DNA of 41,132 nt from Candidatus Woesearchaeota archaeon (GCA_964622565.1 CAZUQL010000001.1:1-41132), one strand, 5' to 3'; shown: positions 17,662 to 25,730, counted from the stretch's first letter. A program made the numbers and translations. The notes: generated from the letters alone by a model not told the origin.

Positions 17662-18021
17662 TTAAAATCCACTTACATTCGATTTTCTTTCGAGGACTTC
17701 TATTCTTTGTTGGAGGTGGTAGATTTGGTTTGAGATGTCTTCTAATTTCGCAGTCATGTCCATGAGTCGCTTTGCGAGTTTTTTTCGTTTTTCGTCAGAA
17801 GATTCAGAAACTTGATTCATATTAGAAAAATCAGCATAACCTTCAGAAGACCCTGATGAACTTTCAGAGGACTCCATTGAATTAAAAAAACTTCCAAACC
17901 CGGAAGGAGGAACTGAATTTGACGAACTTGTATTTGAAAACGGGGGTGAACTTGGGGGGGATATGTTTCTTTTATAATTTGTAGTTAAATCTAAAATTTT
18001 ATTTTTCTTCCAAAATACCAT
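17662..18021 (-). CDS. Hypothetical protein with a Ser-rich low-complexity region and a C-terminal coiled coil
   Basis: 119-aa ORF. Own TATA (ATTTATAAAC, reverse strand, 18042-18051) lies about 25 nt upstream. C-terminus KRKKLAKRLMDMTAKLEDISNQIYHLQQRIEVLERK. Confidence 0.5.
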   Translation of the reverse strand: MVFWKKNKILDLTTNYKRNISPPSSPPFSNTSSSNSVPPSGFGSFFNSMESSESSSGSSEGYADFSNMNQVSESSDEKRKKLAKRLMDMTAKLEDISNQIYHLQQRIEVLERKSNVSGF

Positions 18022-18055
18022 AGCTTCATAAGAAAAAGATTGTTTATAAATTTTC

Positions 18056-18892
18056 TTAACTAAAAAAAATATTCGCGCCTGTTGAACTTAAAAAAGAAAG
18101 AATCATCAAGGCAAAAGAATGTTTGACTCCTGCTTTTAATGTTCCTTCTGCGAGTTTTCCTACGGCTAATCCACTAAAAAATCCCTGAACTAATAGTAAG
18201 TACAAAAACGACGTGGATAGAGTGTCTGGACTTAAATCACTCGAAGAAGTTGCTCCAGAACCAATTCCAATTGCTCCAACTGAAGAAATATTTGAAATTA
18301 TCGGCACAATTCTAAACTGCATTATTAAAACAATTATTATAAAAACAAAAAATATGATATAACCTTGAACAACTAAAGTTTGGATTACTGCTCTTCGTTC
18401 TTTTTTCAGTTTATCAGACATACTTACTGCTCCTGCAACAGATTCTAAAATTTCTCCAATATCCCCCCCTGCTTTTTCAGCTTGCCCAATTAAAGTTATT
18501 GCTCGAGAGATGTTTTTGTTTTGGATATCACTTGAAAAAACTTGAAGTGCTTTTCCTAAGGGTATTCCCATTGCAATTTGATTTGCAAGCTTTTTAACAT
18601 GTTTACTTAAAACTCCATAAGGTTTGTCTCTTACGTTGATTATACTTTTACTAATCGGAGTTCCAACTTTCACACTCTCAACAAGATTTCTTGCGAATTC
18701 TAAAAACATCTCTTCTTTTTCAGTAGATTCAATATTTGAATTAACCACCGAAAGAACAAATGGGGATATTGAGATGATTATTCCAAGTCCGATTAAGAAA
18801 AAGAAAAATTCAGTGTTTCTTAAAACAATGGCTCCAGCTATTAAAAGAACACCGAGGCTGATTCCAATTAAGTCTATTTTGTTTAGTTTCAT
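18056..18892 (-). CDS. Type IV pilus platform protein, single T2SSF domain (TadC/FlaJ-like)
   Basis: Two N-terminal TM segments, a cytoplasmic T2SSF-like block (FARNLVESVKVGTPISKSI...LANQIAMGIPLGKALQVFS...AITLIGQAEKAGGDIGEILESVA), then TM helices. Confidence 0.75.
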   Translation of the reverse strand: MKLNKIDLIGISLGVLLIAGAIVLRNTEFFFFLIGLGIIISISPFVLSVVNSNIESTEKEEMFLEFARNLVESVKVGTPISKSIINVRDKPYGVLSKHVKKLANQIAMGIPLGKALQVFSSDIQNKNISRAITLIGQAEKAGGDIGEILESVAGAVSMSDKLKKERRAVIQTLVVQGYIIFFVFIIIVLIMQFRIVPIISNISSVGAIGIGSGATSSSDLSPDTLSTSFLYLLLVQGFFSGLAVGKLAEGTLKAGVKHSFALMILSFLSSTGANIFFS

Positions 18893-20184
18893 TATGATTG
18901 AGGTTGTTTTAAATGTAAGAAAGTCAAGAATAAAATATTTATTCCGACTACTCCGAGAATCATTACAAGAGTTAACATTGTTGGACCTAAAGAGATTCCT
19001 AGTCCACTAATTTGAATTGTCATAAGTAAAAGCATAAGCATCATTGGGGCGGCAATTACTACGCTGATATAAATGTCCATAAATGTTTCAGCGGATTTTG
19101 TTTGTTTTTCTCGTTCAAGCCTGTAATCGAATAAAAGTGTTTGAGAACGTTTTTCAAAAAAGCCCTGCAAATCTCCTCCCGAGCTAATTGTTGTTGCTAG
19201 ACCATTAAAAAGTTCGTTGAGTTTTGGACTTGCAGTATTTGAAGCGGAAATTTTTAGAGCAGTTACTAAATCATATCCATAAACATTAATTTGGTTAATT
19301 AATTTTTTAAACTCTTTTTCAAGAAATTTGTATTCTCCAGTTGAAATTAAAATCTCGAATATCCTACTTGGTTCTACCATTGCTCCTGAAATCGCAGACA
19401 TGTGAATTACTGCGAAAGGAAGTTCTCTCTCGATTCTATTTGCAACAGATTTTTTTTCAAGAGAAGGATAAAAGTATAATGAAAAAAAGGTGATTAGGGG
19501 AATTAAGGGAACAATCCAAAAAAGAGTGAGGAGGCGGGTTAAAAATTCTCCAGAATAAACACTTAAAAAAGGTAATGAAAGACTAACTTGAAAAATCATT
19601 AAAAAAGTGAATAAAATAATTCCAGAAAGAAAAGAAACAAGGGTGGTAAAGAAAATTACAGAGATATAACTTACAGGAAGCATCATTAAATTAGATTTTA
19701 TTAAGTCTCTTTTTAAAGATTGAAAGAATAATTCATGTAAAACTTTCTGAGAAGTTGGAGAAAAAAACCGATTTGAAAGTTTGACAAAAGAATTAGGGGA
19801 TTTTTCCTTTTGAGATGGGCGGGTTTTTTCTTTTTGTTTTATTCTTCGAAGAATATCTGGATCGATCTCAAGTTTTTCTTTTTCTTTTTGAAGTATTGTT
19901 GGAGAAGAGATACTTGGGAGAATCCTCCTCAATGGTTTTTTAGGAGTAGGAATTTTTTCATAGTGGACAACTTTTGGAAGGGAGATAGAGTCAACTATTT
20001 CAGGAATATCTTTATTTATTTGATTTAGAAGTTTTGAAAGGGAGTTTATTTGAGCGGAAATTTGGGATTTGTCTTGATCAGAAACAGCTCTTGATTTTCT
20101 CTCGAAGAGAAACTGGATTTTTTTTGCAATTTCTTTTTCCTTCTTAATGTATTCACTTAAATTAGAAAAACTATTTGAAATCAT
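18892..20184 (-). CDS. Type IV pilus platform protein, single T2SSF domain with a long N-terminal coiled-coil extension (TadB/FlaJ-like)
   Basis: T2SSF-like block (ELPFAVIHMSAISGAMVEPSRIFEIL...YGYDLVTALKISA...LFNGLATTISSGGDLQGFFEKRS) flanked by TM helices. TAATG 1-nt overlap with the downstream platform gene. Confidence 0.75.
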   Translation of the reverse strand: MISNSFSNLSEYIKKEKEIAKKIQFLFERKSRAVSDQDKSQISAQINSLSKLLNQINKDIPEIVDSISLPKVVHYEKIPTPKKPLRRILPSISSPTILQKEKEKLEIDPDILRRIKQKEKTRPSQKEKSPNSFVKLSNRFFSPTSQKVLHELFFQSLKRDLIKSNLMMLPVSYISVIFFTTLVSFLSGIILFTFLMIFQVSLSLPFLSVYSGEFLTRLLTLFWIVPLIPLITFFSLYFYPSLEKKSVANRIERELPFAVIHMSAISGAMVEPSRIFEILISTGEYKFLEKEFKKLINQINVYGYDLVTALKISASNTASPKLNELFNGLATTISSGGDLQGFFEKRSQTLLFDYRLEREKQTKSAETFMDIYISVVIAAPMMLMLLLMTIQISGLGISLGPTMLTLVMILGVVGINILFLTFLHLKQPQS

Positions 20185-20345
20185 CTTGTTATTTTGTCCA
20201 CTGCTCGCTGAACTTGGATAATAAAGCTTTTGGATAAATTAAATCTCTCCCTGTCTTTTGTCTTAAAAGAAAAGTTTAACACTTCTTCTGCTTCTTCGAG
20301 AGAGTCTAAAAGTTTAATTAAAAATTGTATGTCCTCTTTTTTCAT
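20181..20345 (-). CDS. Unlisted 54-aa ORF between the pilus ATPase and the platform genes
   Basis: Hand translation gives MKKEDIQFLIKLLDSLEEAEEVLNFSFKTKDRERFNLSKSFIIQVQRAVDKITR. Its TGA overlaps the ATG of the 18892-20184 gene (ATGA). It falls below the size cut-off of the supplied track. Confidence 0.35.
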   Translation of the reverse strand: MKKEDIQFLIKLLDSLEEAEEVLNFSFKTKDRERFNLSKSFIIQVQRAVDKITR

Positions 20346-20379
20346 GATTTTAAGAAGATATTTGTATTATTAAAGTTTT

Positions 20380-21942
20380 TTAACTTCCAATTCCCAACTT
20401 ATTTAAAACAGCTTTTGGGTTTTTGTAATACTCGTCGATAATCTCTTGAACTTCCTTGAAGCCACTTATCTTTTTTTTGTAGAGTTCGAAAATTATTTTA
20501 ACTCTCCTTTGGAATTCTAAGTTCAATTCCTGAATACTTAAACCGTATCTTTGGGAAATTTTTTCAAGTATTCTGCTACTTTTTTTAAAGTAAAATTGGT
20601 TGTCTGCAGGGTTCCATACAAAGGGGGTGTTTGTTTTTGCGATTCCTTGTGAACTTACGTCTATTATTTCAACTATCTCTTTTAATTTTCTTGTTTCTTC
20701 GTTATTCACAACTGCGTGAGTCATGACGCAAACGCAATCTAAAACATTCAGAAGAGTGGGAGAAAGTTCAATGGGGGGAGTTTCAAGTCTTTTAATAACT
20801 GTGTCCACAGAATCTCCATGAATCGTACTTAAAGAAGAATGTCCTGAAGCCATACCTTGAAATAGAACATAAGCTTCTTTTCCTCTTACTTCACCTACAA
20901 TTACATAATTGGGATTTTGTCTAAATGAACTTTTTAATAATGCGAATAAGTCAACTTCTCCTAAATTTCCTACTCCTGTTGAACTTCGAACTACACTTGG
21001 AAGCCAATTTTCTCGAGGGAGATTTAGTTCTCGAGTATCTTCAATTGAAACTACCCTTGCTTCAGGAGGGATAAAAAAGGCAATTGCATTTAGTAAAGTT
21101 GTTTTACCTGAAGAAGTTCCACCGGCAATTAAGATATTCATCTTGTGTTCAATCAACAACCATAGATAAGCTAACATCTCAGGACTTAGAGTTTGGAAAG
21201 AGATTAATTGGGGAGGAGTCCAGGGTTTTGTTGTAAATTTTCTTATTGTAAATGTAGGTCCTCTACTTGAAATATCTTTAGTGTAGGTAGCATTAACCCT
21301 GCTTCCATCTGGAAGGTTCCCATCTAAAATTGGATTTGCATAAGAGATATATTTTCCGCATCGCTGTGCAAGCTTTTCAACAAATCCCCCTAAATCATCT
21401 AATTCATCAAAGATAATATTTGTTTTTAGATTTCTGAATATCCGGTGAACAATATAAATTGGAGTTTTGGCTCCGTTACATTCAATATCTTCTACAAAAA
21501 AGTCGTTTAAGAGGGGGTCTATTTCATTAAATCCCACAAACTCCCTATAAAGATAATAGTAAATTTTTTTGTAACTTTCGTAAGTCATATCAAATCCAAG
21601 CTCAATTGCAAGGAGCTTTAACATTTTATCGATGTATTTCAGAAGCTCGTCTTTGTTTTTTTGGACAACACTATCAAAATCAATTATCTCTCTCATTGCC
21701 TCAATAATTTGGTCTTTGTAGGTTGTTTCTTTTTCATCTAAATCTGGTTCTTCAATTTCATAAAAAAGTTCAGAATGTTTTTTATGCCAGTAGATATGAG
21801 CAAATGCAAACGGCGCAATAAGAGGGTACCTCACGTCAATTTGTGATTTATCTTTTGGTCTTTTTATTGGAGGGGGTCTTGGAAATTTTATTTCAACTTG
21901 GGGATATTGTTCAACATTTTTAGATTTTGTTTTTGTAAACAT
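20380..21942 (-). CDS. Type II/IV secretion-family ATPase (FlaI/PilB/TadA-like pilus assembly ATPase)
   Basis: Walker A LIAGGTSSGKTTLLNAI, Asp box IEDTRELNL, Walker B and Arg (YVIVGEVRGKEA), and His box (GHSSLSTIHG). Confidence 0.9.
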   Translation of the reverse strand: MFTKTKSKNVEQYPQVEIKFPRPPPIKRPKDKSQIDVRYPLIAPFAFAHIYWHKKHSELFYEIEEPDLDEKETTYKDQIIEAMREIIDFDSVVQKNKDELLKYIDKMLKLLAIELGFDMTYESYKKIYYYLYREFVGFNEIDPLLNDFFVEDIECNGAKTPIYIVHRIFRNLKTNIIFDELDDLGGFVEKLAQRCGKYISYANPILDGNLPDGSRVNATYTKDISSRGPTFTIRKFTTKPWTPPQLISFQTLSPEMLAYLWLLIEHKMNILIAGGTSSGKTTLLNAIAFFIPPEARVVSIEDTRELNLPRENWLPSVVRSSTGVGNLGEVDLFALLKSSFRQNPNYVIVGEVRGKEAYVLFQGMASGHSSLSTIHGDSVDTVIKRLETPPIELSPTLLNVLDCVCVMTHAVVNNEETRKLKEIVEIIDVSSQGIAKTNTPFVWNPADNQFYFKKSSRILEKISQRYGLSIQELNLEFQRRVKIIFELYKKKISGFKEVQEIIDEYYKNPKAVLNKLGIGS

Positions 21943-21943
21943 T

Positions 21944-22516
21944 TTAATTAATCAGTTCTAAGTTTATTTTAATCCTCCCAAACTCGTCATTTCCAAGATT
22001 GGAAATTGCTAATTTGTAGGGAGTTGAAGATTTTGAAAAGGTTTTTATTTGATTGTTTTCGTTGTAAGTTAAATCATAGATTTTTGAATAATTTGAAGTT
22101 AGAGTAATGTAGGCAAGGTTGGACTTTTTTTCAGTTAGTAAAATTAAGTCTCCGTATTCTACATTTATTCCTGGGTCGCTGGCAAAATAGTTGCTTTCGT
22201 CGAGTTTAAACTGAATTAAATTTTCTTCAGAATTAAATTCTAATATCCCCTTTGAAATATAAACTTTTACAACTCGTTTGTCTCCAGAAATTCCTGCTCC
22301 TGCAGATTGTATTTTTAAGTCTAGTTCTTGAAGAAGCTCAATTGATTTTTCAATAACTGCTTTGTCTTGAATTTCCCGAATTTTTGGTCGAATAAATGTT
22401 AAAGCTGCACCGATAATCGCAAGCACAATCAATGTATAAATTACTGTCTCTACCCAAACTTGAGCTTTTTTAGATTTAACAATATTTGAAATCAAATTAT
22501 TCTCCCTCTTTTTCAT
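21944..22516 (-). CDS. Pilin-like protein with a class III (prepilin-type) signal
   Basis: A charged N-terminus then KKAQVWVETVIYTLIVLAIIGAALTFI. 190 aa with a beta-rich remainder. Confidence 0.6.
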   Translation of the reverse strand: MKKRENNLISNIVKSKKAQVWVETVIYTLIVLAIIGAALTFIRPKIREIQDKAVIEKSIELLQELDLKIQSAGAGISGDKRVVKVYISKGILEFNSEENLIQFKLDESNYFASDPGINVEYGDLILLTEKKSNLAYITLTSNYSKIYDLTYNENNQIKTFSKSSTPYKLAISNLGNDEFGRIKINLELIN

Positions 22517-22552
22517 AAAATATTTAGTTTAAATTAATTTAAATAGTTATTC

Positions 22553-23050
22553 CTAACAACTTTCAATTCCTTGAAGTGTGTCGGAGATTCCGCATGAGTT
22601 TCCGGAGATTTTTGGAGATATACTTATAGAAAGGGGATTGTTAATTCCCGCGGAAGTTAAATCAACAAGATAAGCAATTCCTGAATTTTCTTCGGGAATT
22701 AAAATTATTGTTGAACTGTCAAACATTTGAACATTTGCAACTTCTGTGTTGTTTTTTATTTTGAATGATTTGGATTCTTCAGAGTTTTTTACTGAGATTA
22801 GAATTTCGTCAACACTAATTTCCCCAACTTCAATTAGAATTTTCAATTTTCCTGAAGAAGTATTATAACAACTTAGAGTTTTATCTATTGTTATTTTATC
22901 GTAAATATCAAAACAAGACTGGGCTTGATCGAGGTTTTTTTGAACAAGATTCTGAACAACAACCCAAACAATTGAAATTGATGCCATAACTAAGGCGATT
23001 AGAATAACTGTAGTTACAACAGCTGAAAGCCCTTTAGAATTCAATTTCAT
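22553..23050 (-). CDS. Archaeal type IV pilin-like protein
   Basis: MKLNSKGLSAVVTTVILIALVMASISIVWVVV is the KG|LS...TT.IL class III signal and DUF361-type N-terminus. Start taken at the internal Met (23050) rather than 23074. Confidence 0.7.
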   Translation of the reverse strand: MKLNSKGLSAVVTTVILIALVMASISIVWVVVQNLVQKNLDQAQSCFDIYDKITIDKTLSCYNTSSGKLKILIEVGEISVDEILISVKNSEESKSFKIKNNTEVANVQMFDSSTIILIPEENSGIAYLVDLTSAGINNPLSISISPKISGNSCGISDTLQGIESC

Positions 23051-23477
23051 AACCGTTTCCTTCGTCGCATACAAAATTTACTTGACCTGAGTTTGAGTTT
23101 CCTTTTAATACGGGAATTAAAATTATTTTAGTTAAGCCATCGCTGTCAAAAGAATATGAACCACTTTGTCCAGAGTTTAGGGGATTGATTGCAAAATCTT
23201 CTAAGTCTAAAGTTGAATAACCTGAGTCAGCGTATTCTTTGACTTTCATGTCTGCGATTGGAACATTTCCTACATTTGAAATCAAAATTTCTCCTCCCAC
23301 ATATTCTGCTCTGAATACAACGTCGTTGCAAACAAGTTCAACATTTTGTCCTCCAAATTTGGTTATTGCTTCTTGAGTTAGACTCCTAAAAAACACCCAG
23401 ATAATTGCAATTGAGACTACGACAATTCCGATTAATAATACTGTAGCAATCACCGGAGATAGAGCTCTTTTTTTCAT
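23034..23477 (-). CDS. Archaeal type IV pilin-like protein
   Basis: MKKRALSPVIATVLLIGIVVVSIAIIWVFF is a near-textbook archaeal prepilin/archaellin N-terminus (RALSPVIATVLLI). Confidence 0.75.
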   Translation of the reverse strand: MKKRALSPVIATVLLIGIVVVSIAIIWVFFRSLTQEAITKFGGQNVELVCNDVVFRAEYVGGEILISNVGNVPIADMKVKEYADSGYSTLDLEDFAINPLNSGQSGSYSFDSDGLTKIILIPVLKGNSNSGQVNFVCDEGNGYEIEF

Positions 23478-23521
23478 AGTTATCTAAGTTTGAAGATGTT
23501 TATAAATTTTTAGAATTAAGT

Positions 23522-24004
23522 TTAACAACTCTTTGGAAGAGTTTCAATAATCTTTGCATTTGAGCAAGACAGAACTTGTTGTTTAGAATTAACTTCTTGG
23601 AATCTAACTGGAGTTACTTCTAATTTAAAAATCGGTTGGGAATATTCAAATAAATAAGTTAAGGTTTCTTCTCCGGGATTTAAGGGAGGGTCTAATTTAA
23701 AAAATCCTGCTCCTAAATTTCCGACTAAATCAAGAGTTGCAATTTCTTGTTCTGTGGATGTCGTGGCTTTAAGATAAACCCCGTTTATTTGAAATCTTCC
23801 TGAATTTTTTAATCTGAGATTCAAGACTCCTGAATCACAAAAAACATCTTGAACAAATATAGAAGTTTCGTCGGGGCAAGATGGAATTTCAGTGGGAATA
23901 TAACTTTTCATCCAGAGATAAACAATTCCACTTATTGCAATCATTGTCGCTATTAATAAAACATAACCTACAACAACACTCACGGCTTTTTTATTTTTTA
24001 ACAT
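23522..24004 (-). CDS. Archaeal type IV pilin-like protein
   Basis: MLKNKKAVSVVVGYVLLIATMIAISGIVYLWM. Start taken at Met12 (24004), one nt after the upstream stop. Confidence 0.65.
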   Translation of the reverse strand: MLKNKKAVSVVVGYVLLIATMIAISGIVYLWMKSYIPTEIPSCPDETSIFVQDVFCDSGVLNLRLKNSGRFQINGVYLKATTSTEQEIATLDLVGNLGAGFFKLDPPLNPGEETLTYLFEYSQPIFKLEVTPVRFQEVNSKQQVLSCSNAKIIETLPKSC

Positions 24005-24005
24005 T

Positions 24006-24542
24006 TTATCTTTGAGTTGTATATACCTCTTCTCCAATCTTTCTTGAGAGAATAAAGTAAAAGTTCTCTCCAGGTTTAAGGTCGAATTTGTATTTAATAT
24101 TTTCTATTTCAACAACAACAAGATTATTTTCAGTATCGAGGGTAATGTCTTCGATTTCTTTTTTTTCAAGTCCTTGAATTTGAATAGATGAAGAAGAGTA
24201 TCCGGGCAAACTTAATTGCACGACTCCTTTTGAAGATTCTTCGTAGGTATATGCAGAAATTCCGTTTTCGTCGCCGAACACAAAATATCCTCGGGTGTCT
24301 TCGCCAGCATATTCAGAATAAAGTGCAGTAAAATGTTCTAAAAGAAGGGACATTTGGGGCTTATCATAGAATTGGGTTTCTCCATATTCTAAAACTTTTG
24401 AAGATTCAAAACTTAATTCTTCTGTTACATCATAAGGCGAGGGATTTTTTTTAAGAGAATTGCTAATTGAAAAGAATCCAATTAAAATTGCAAGGATGAT
24501 TATTCCGGCAACTAAATAGAATTGTCCTCTTTTATTTTTCAT
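24006..24542 (-). CDS. Pilin-like protein with a class III signal; first gene of the pilus operon
   Basis: MKNKRGQFYLVAGIIILAILIGFF. Reverse-strand CTTTTATAAA (24564-24573) is centred about 26 nt upstream of the ATG. Confidence 0.6.
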   Translation of the reverse strand: MKNKRGQFYLVAGIIILAILIGFFSISNSLKKNPSPYDVTEELSFESSKVLEYGETQFYDKPQMSLLLEHFTALYSEYAGEDTRGYFVFGDENGISAYTYEESSKGVVQLSLPGYSSSSIQIQGLEKKEIEDITLDTENNLVVVEIENIKYKFDLKPGENFYFILSRKIGEEVYTTQR

Positions 24543-24581
24543 AAATTAAAAAACACGAAGAAGTTTATAAAAGTGTTGAAA

Positions 24582-24812
24582 TTATCGAAATCTTTCTGAA
24601 TAATCTACTGGCTCTCTTGTTTCGATTAGTTCTCTATCTGCAGAAGCAACTGCGTTCCGGTGTTTAGAGGCAGGGTCTGCTGGTTGAATTCCTTCTTCTC
24701 TTAATTTTCTGTGAAGTTCTTTGAAAAATTCTTTTTTGTCCATTTTATCAATATCTTTTGGGTCTGCCTTTTTTTGACAGACGCACGCCTCCTTCAGAAG
24801 AAGAGGTTTCAT
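24582..24812 (-). CDS. Overlapping downstream frame; possibly the displaced C-terminal part of the 24748-24945 gene
   Basis: This frame is open across the A7 run and continues ...ADPKDIDKMDKKEFFKELHRKLREEGIQPADPASKHRNAVASADRELIETREPVDYSERFR. It has no independent promoter geometry. Confidence 0.25.
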   Translation of the reverse strand: MKPLLLKEACVCQKKADPKDIDKMDKKEFFKELHRKLREEGIQPADPASKHRNAVASADRELIETREPVDYSERFR

Positions 24813-24945
24813 AGCGAACGCCTCTTGTTTGAACTTGGGAGGGGAGATGGGGAGGAACTCTTACTCCTTCATTTAATGATTCTAAAGCATCCAAAAGATT
24901 TTGTGAAAATTCTCTTCGGAGTGATTCTTCATCAGGTTCATTCAT
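24748..24945 (-). CDS. Hypothetical 65-aa acidic/basic protein; frame ends just after an A7 run
   Basis: ATG at 24945 has a reverse-strand TTAATAAA (24967-24974) about 26 nt upstream. The ORF ends ...GGVRLSKKGRPKRY* immediately after the homopolymer at 24769-24775. Confidence 0.4.
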   Translation of the reverse strand: MNEPDEESLRREFSQNLLDALESLNEGVRVPPHLPSQVQTRGVRYETSSSEGGVRLSKKGRPKRY

Positions 24946-24990
24946 GATTAAATAAGGATTAGGGAGTTTATTAATTTTATCTAAAATCAG

Positions 24991-25252
24991 TGTAGACTCG
25001 GAAGTTTGCTCAAAGTTTTCCAGAAAGCAACCTTTATTCTTTCTCAGTCCTGCACTCTGCTAAGCATCTTAACAAATGTTTAGGGCTGCTCCGATCAAGG
25101 CCTGACCCATTTCGCAAATGCAAGATCCAAGCAGACAAGACCTCAACGTCCAAATAAAGACTTTTTGAAATACTTATCACGCCCTCCCTCGCAGTCTGCC
25201 ATAAAGCCCGTTTGCAAATAGCAGGGGGCTAACCTGCTGACCTAGTCTACAG
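24991..25252 (-). ncRNA. Signal recognition particle RNA (7S/SRP RNA), about 260 nt
   Basis: This ORF-free stretch is visibly more G+C-rich than its flanks. On the minus strand, 5' GUAGACUAGG pairs with 3' CCGAGUCUAC as a terminal helix. An Alu-like 5' part reads AGCAGG-UUAGCC-CCUGCU ... UUUGCAAACGGGCU. A helix-8-like motif GGGUCAGGCC..UCGGAGCAGCCC (25083-25108) resembles the conserved GGUCAGGUCCGGAAGGAAGCAGCC of 4.5S/7S RNA. A reverse-strand TATA (CCTTAAAAAC, 25271-25280) predicts a start near 25250, and a U4 run follows the 3' helix. Confidence 0.65.
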
Positions 25253-25289
25253 AAAAATCATTCTTAGATAGTTTTTAAGGTTGTTGGTC

Positions 25290-25691
25290 CTATGTAGAAA
25301 CTCCAAATTGACCTTGAAAATCTCGGGCTATTCTCCTAAATTCTTCTAATTCTTCAGAACTAAATATTTTACGTATGTCAGCTAAAAAATCAGTTCTTGC
25401 CTGGGCACTGAGTTCATTAGGATTAAATGAATTTCCGTAAGAATAAACAATTTCACAGGATTTTAAGTTTGAGTAAGCTTGATCTAATTGGGGGCTTTCG
25501 GGAAATAATCCTCTTTGTCTAAATATTATTCTTGCTTTTCTTACAAGAGAGTTTTCTCGATGAGCATAAAAAAACTCATGAAATGCTTTTCTATTGTGTC
25601 GGAATAAGACATTAGCTTGAGAAGAATATGCAAGAACTCCTAAAATTAAATCATCTGCAACAAATAATTCTGGTCTTGTTCCTGATTCCAT
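25290..25691 (-). CDS. Hypothetical 133-aa protein (orphan, Arg-rich)
   Basis: Clean ORF with reverse-strand CCTTAAAAAG (25712-25721) about 26 nt upstream of the ATG. No confident family. FRQRGLFPESPQLDQAYSNLKSCEIV loosely recalls the 'GPYS..L...l..L...g.i' pattern of YwgA/SocA-type wHTH proteins. Confidence 0.5.
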   Translation of the reverse strand: MESGTRPELFVADDLILGVLAYSSQANVLFRHNRKAFHEFFYAHRENSLVRKARIIFRQRGLFPESPQLDQAYSNLKSCEIVYSYGNSFNPNELSAQARTDFLADIRKIFSSEELEEFRRIARDFQGQFGVST

Positions 25692-25730
25692 CTTTTAGAA
25701 ATAATAAAATACTTTTTAAGGATTTATATT

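Noticed and set aside
652-24037. Longer N-terminal extensions given by the ORF track (starts at 652, 3013, 3591, 4921, 11467, 23074 and 24037).
   Set aside because: In each case an internal Met gives a better start. It either creates the ATGA overlap typical of this genome (3034, 3606, 4936), places the ATG about 26 nt from a TATA (673, 11398), or begins a proper short class III signal peptide (23050, 24004). The extra residues look non-native.
24711-24947. Plus-strand 78-aa ORF opposite the frameshifted small gene.
   Set aside because: The product is a hydrophobic Phe/Leu-rich mirror translation with no promoter at the right distance. The minus strand has a TATA 26 nt from its ATG.
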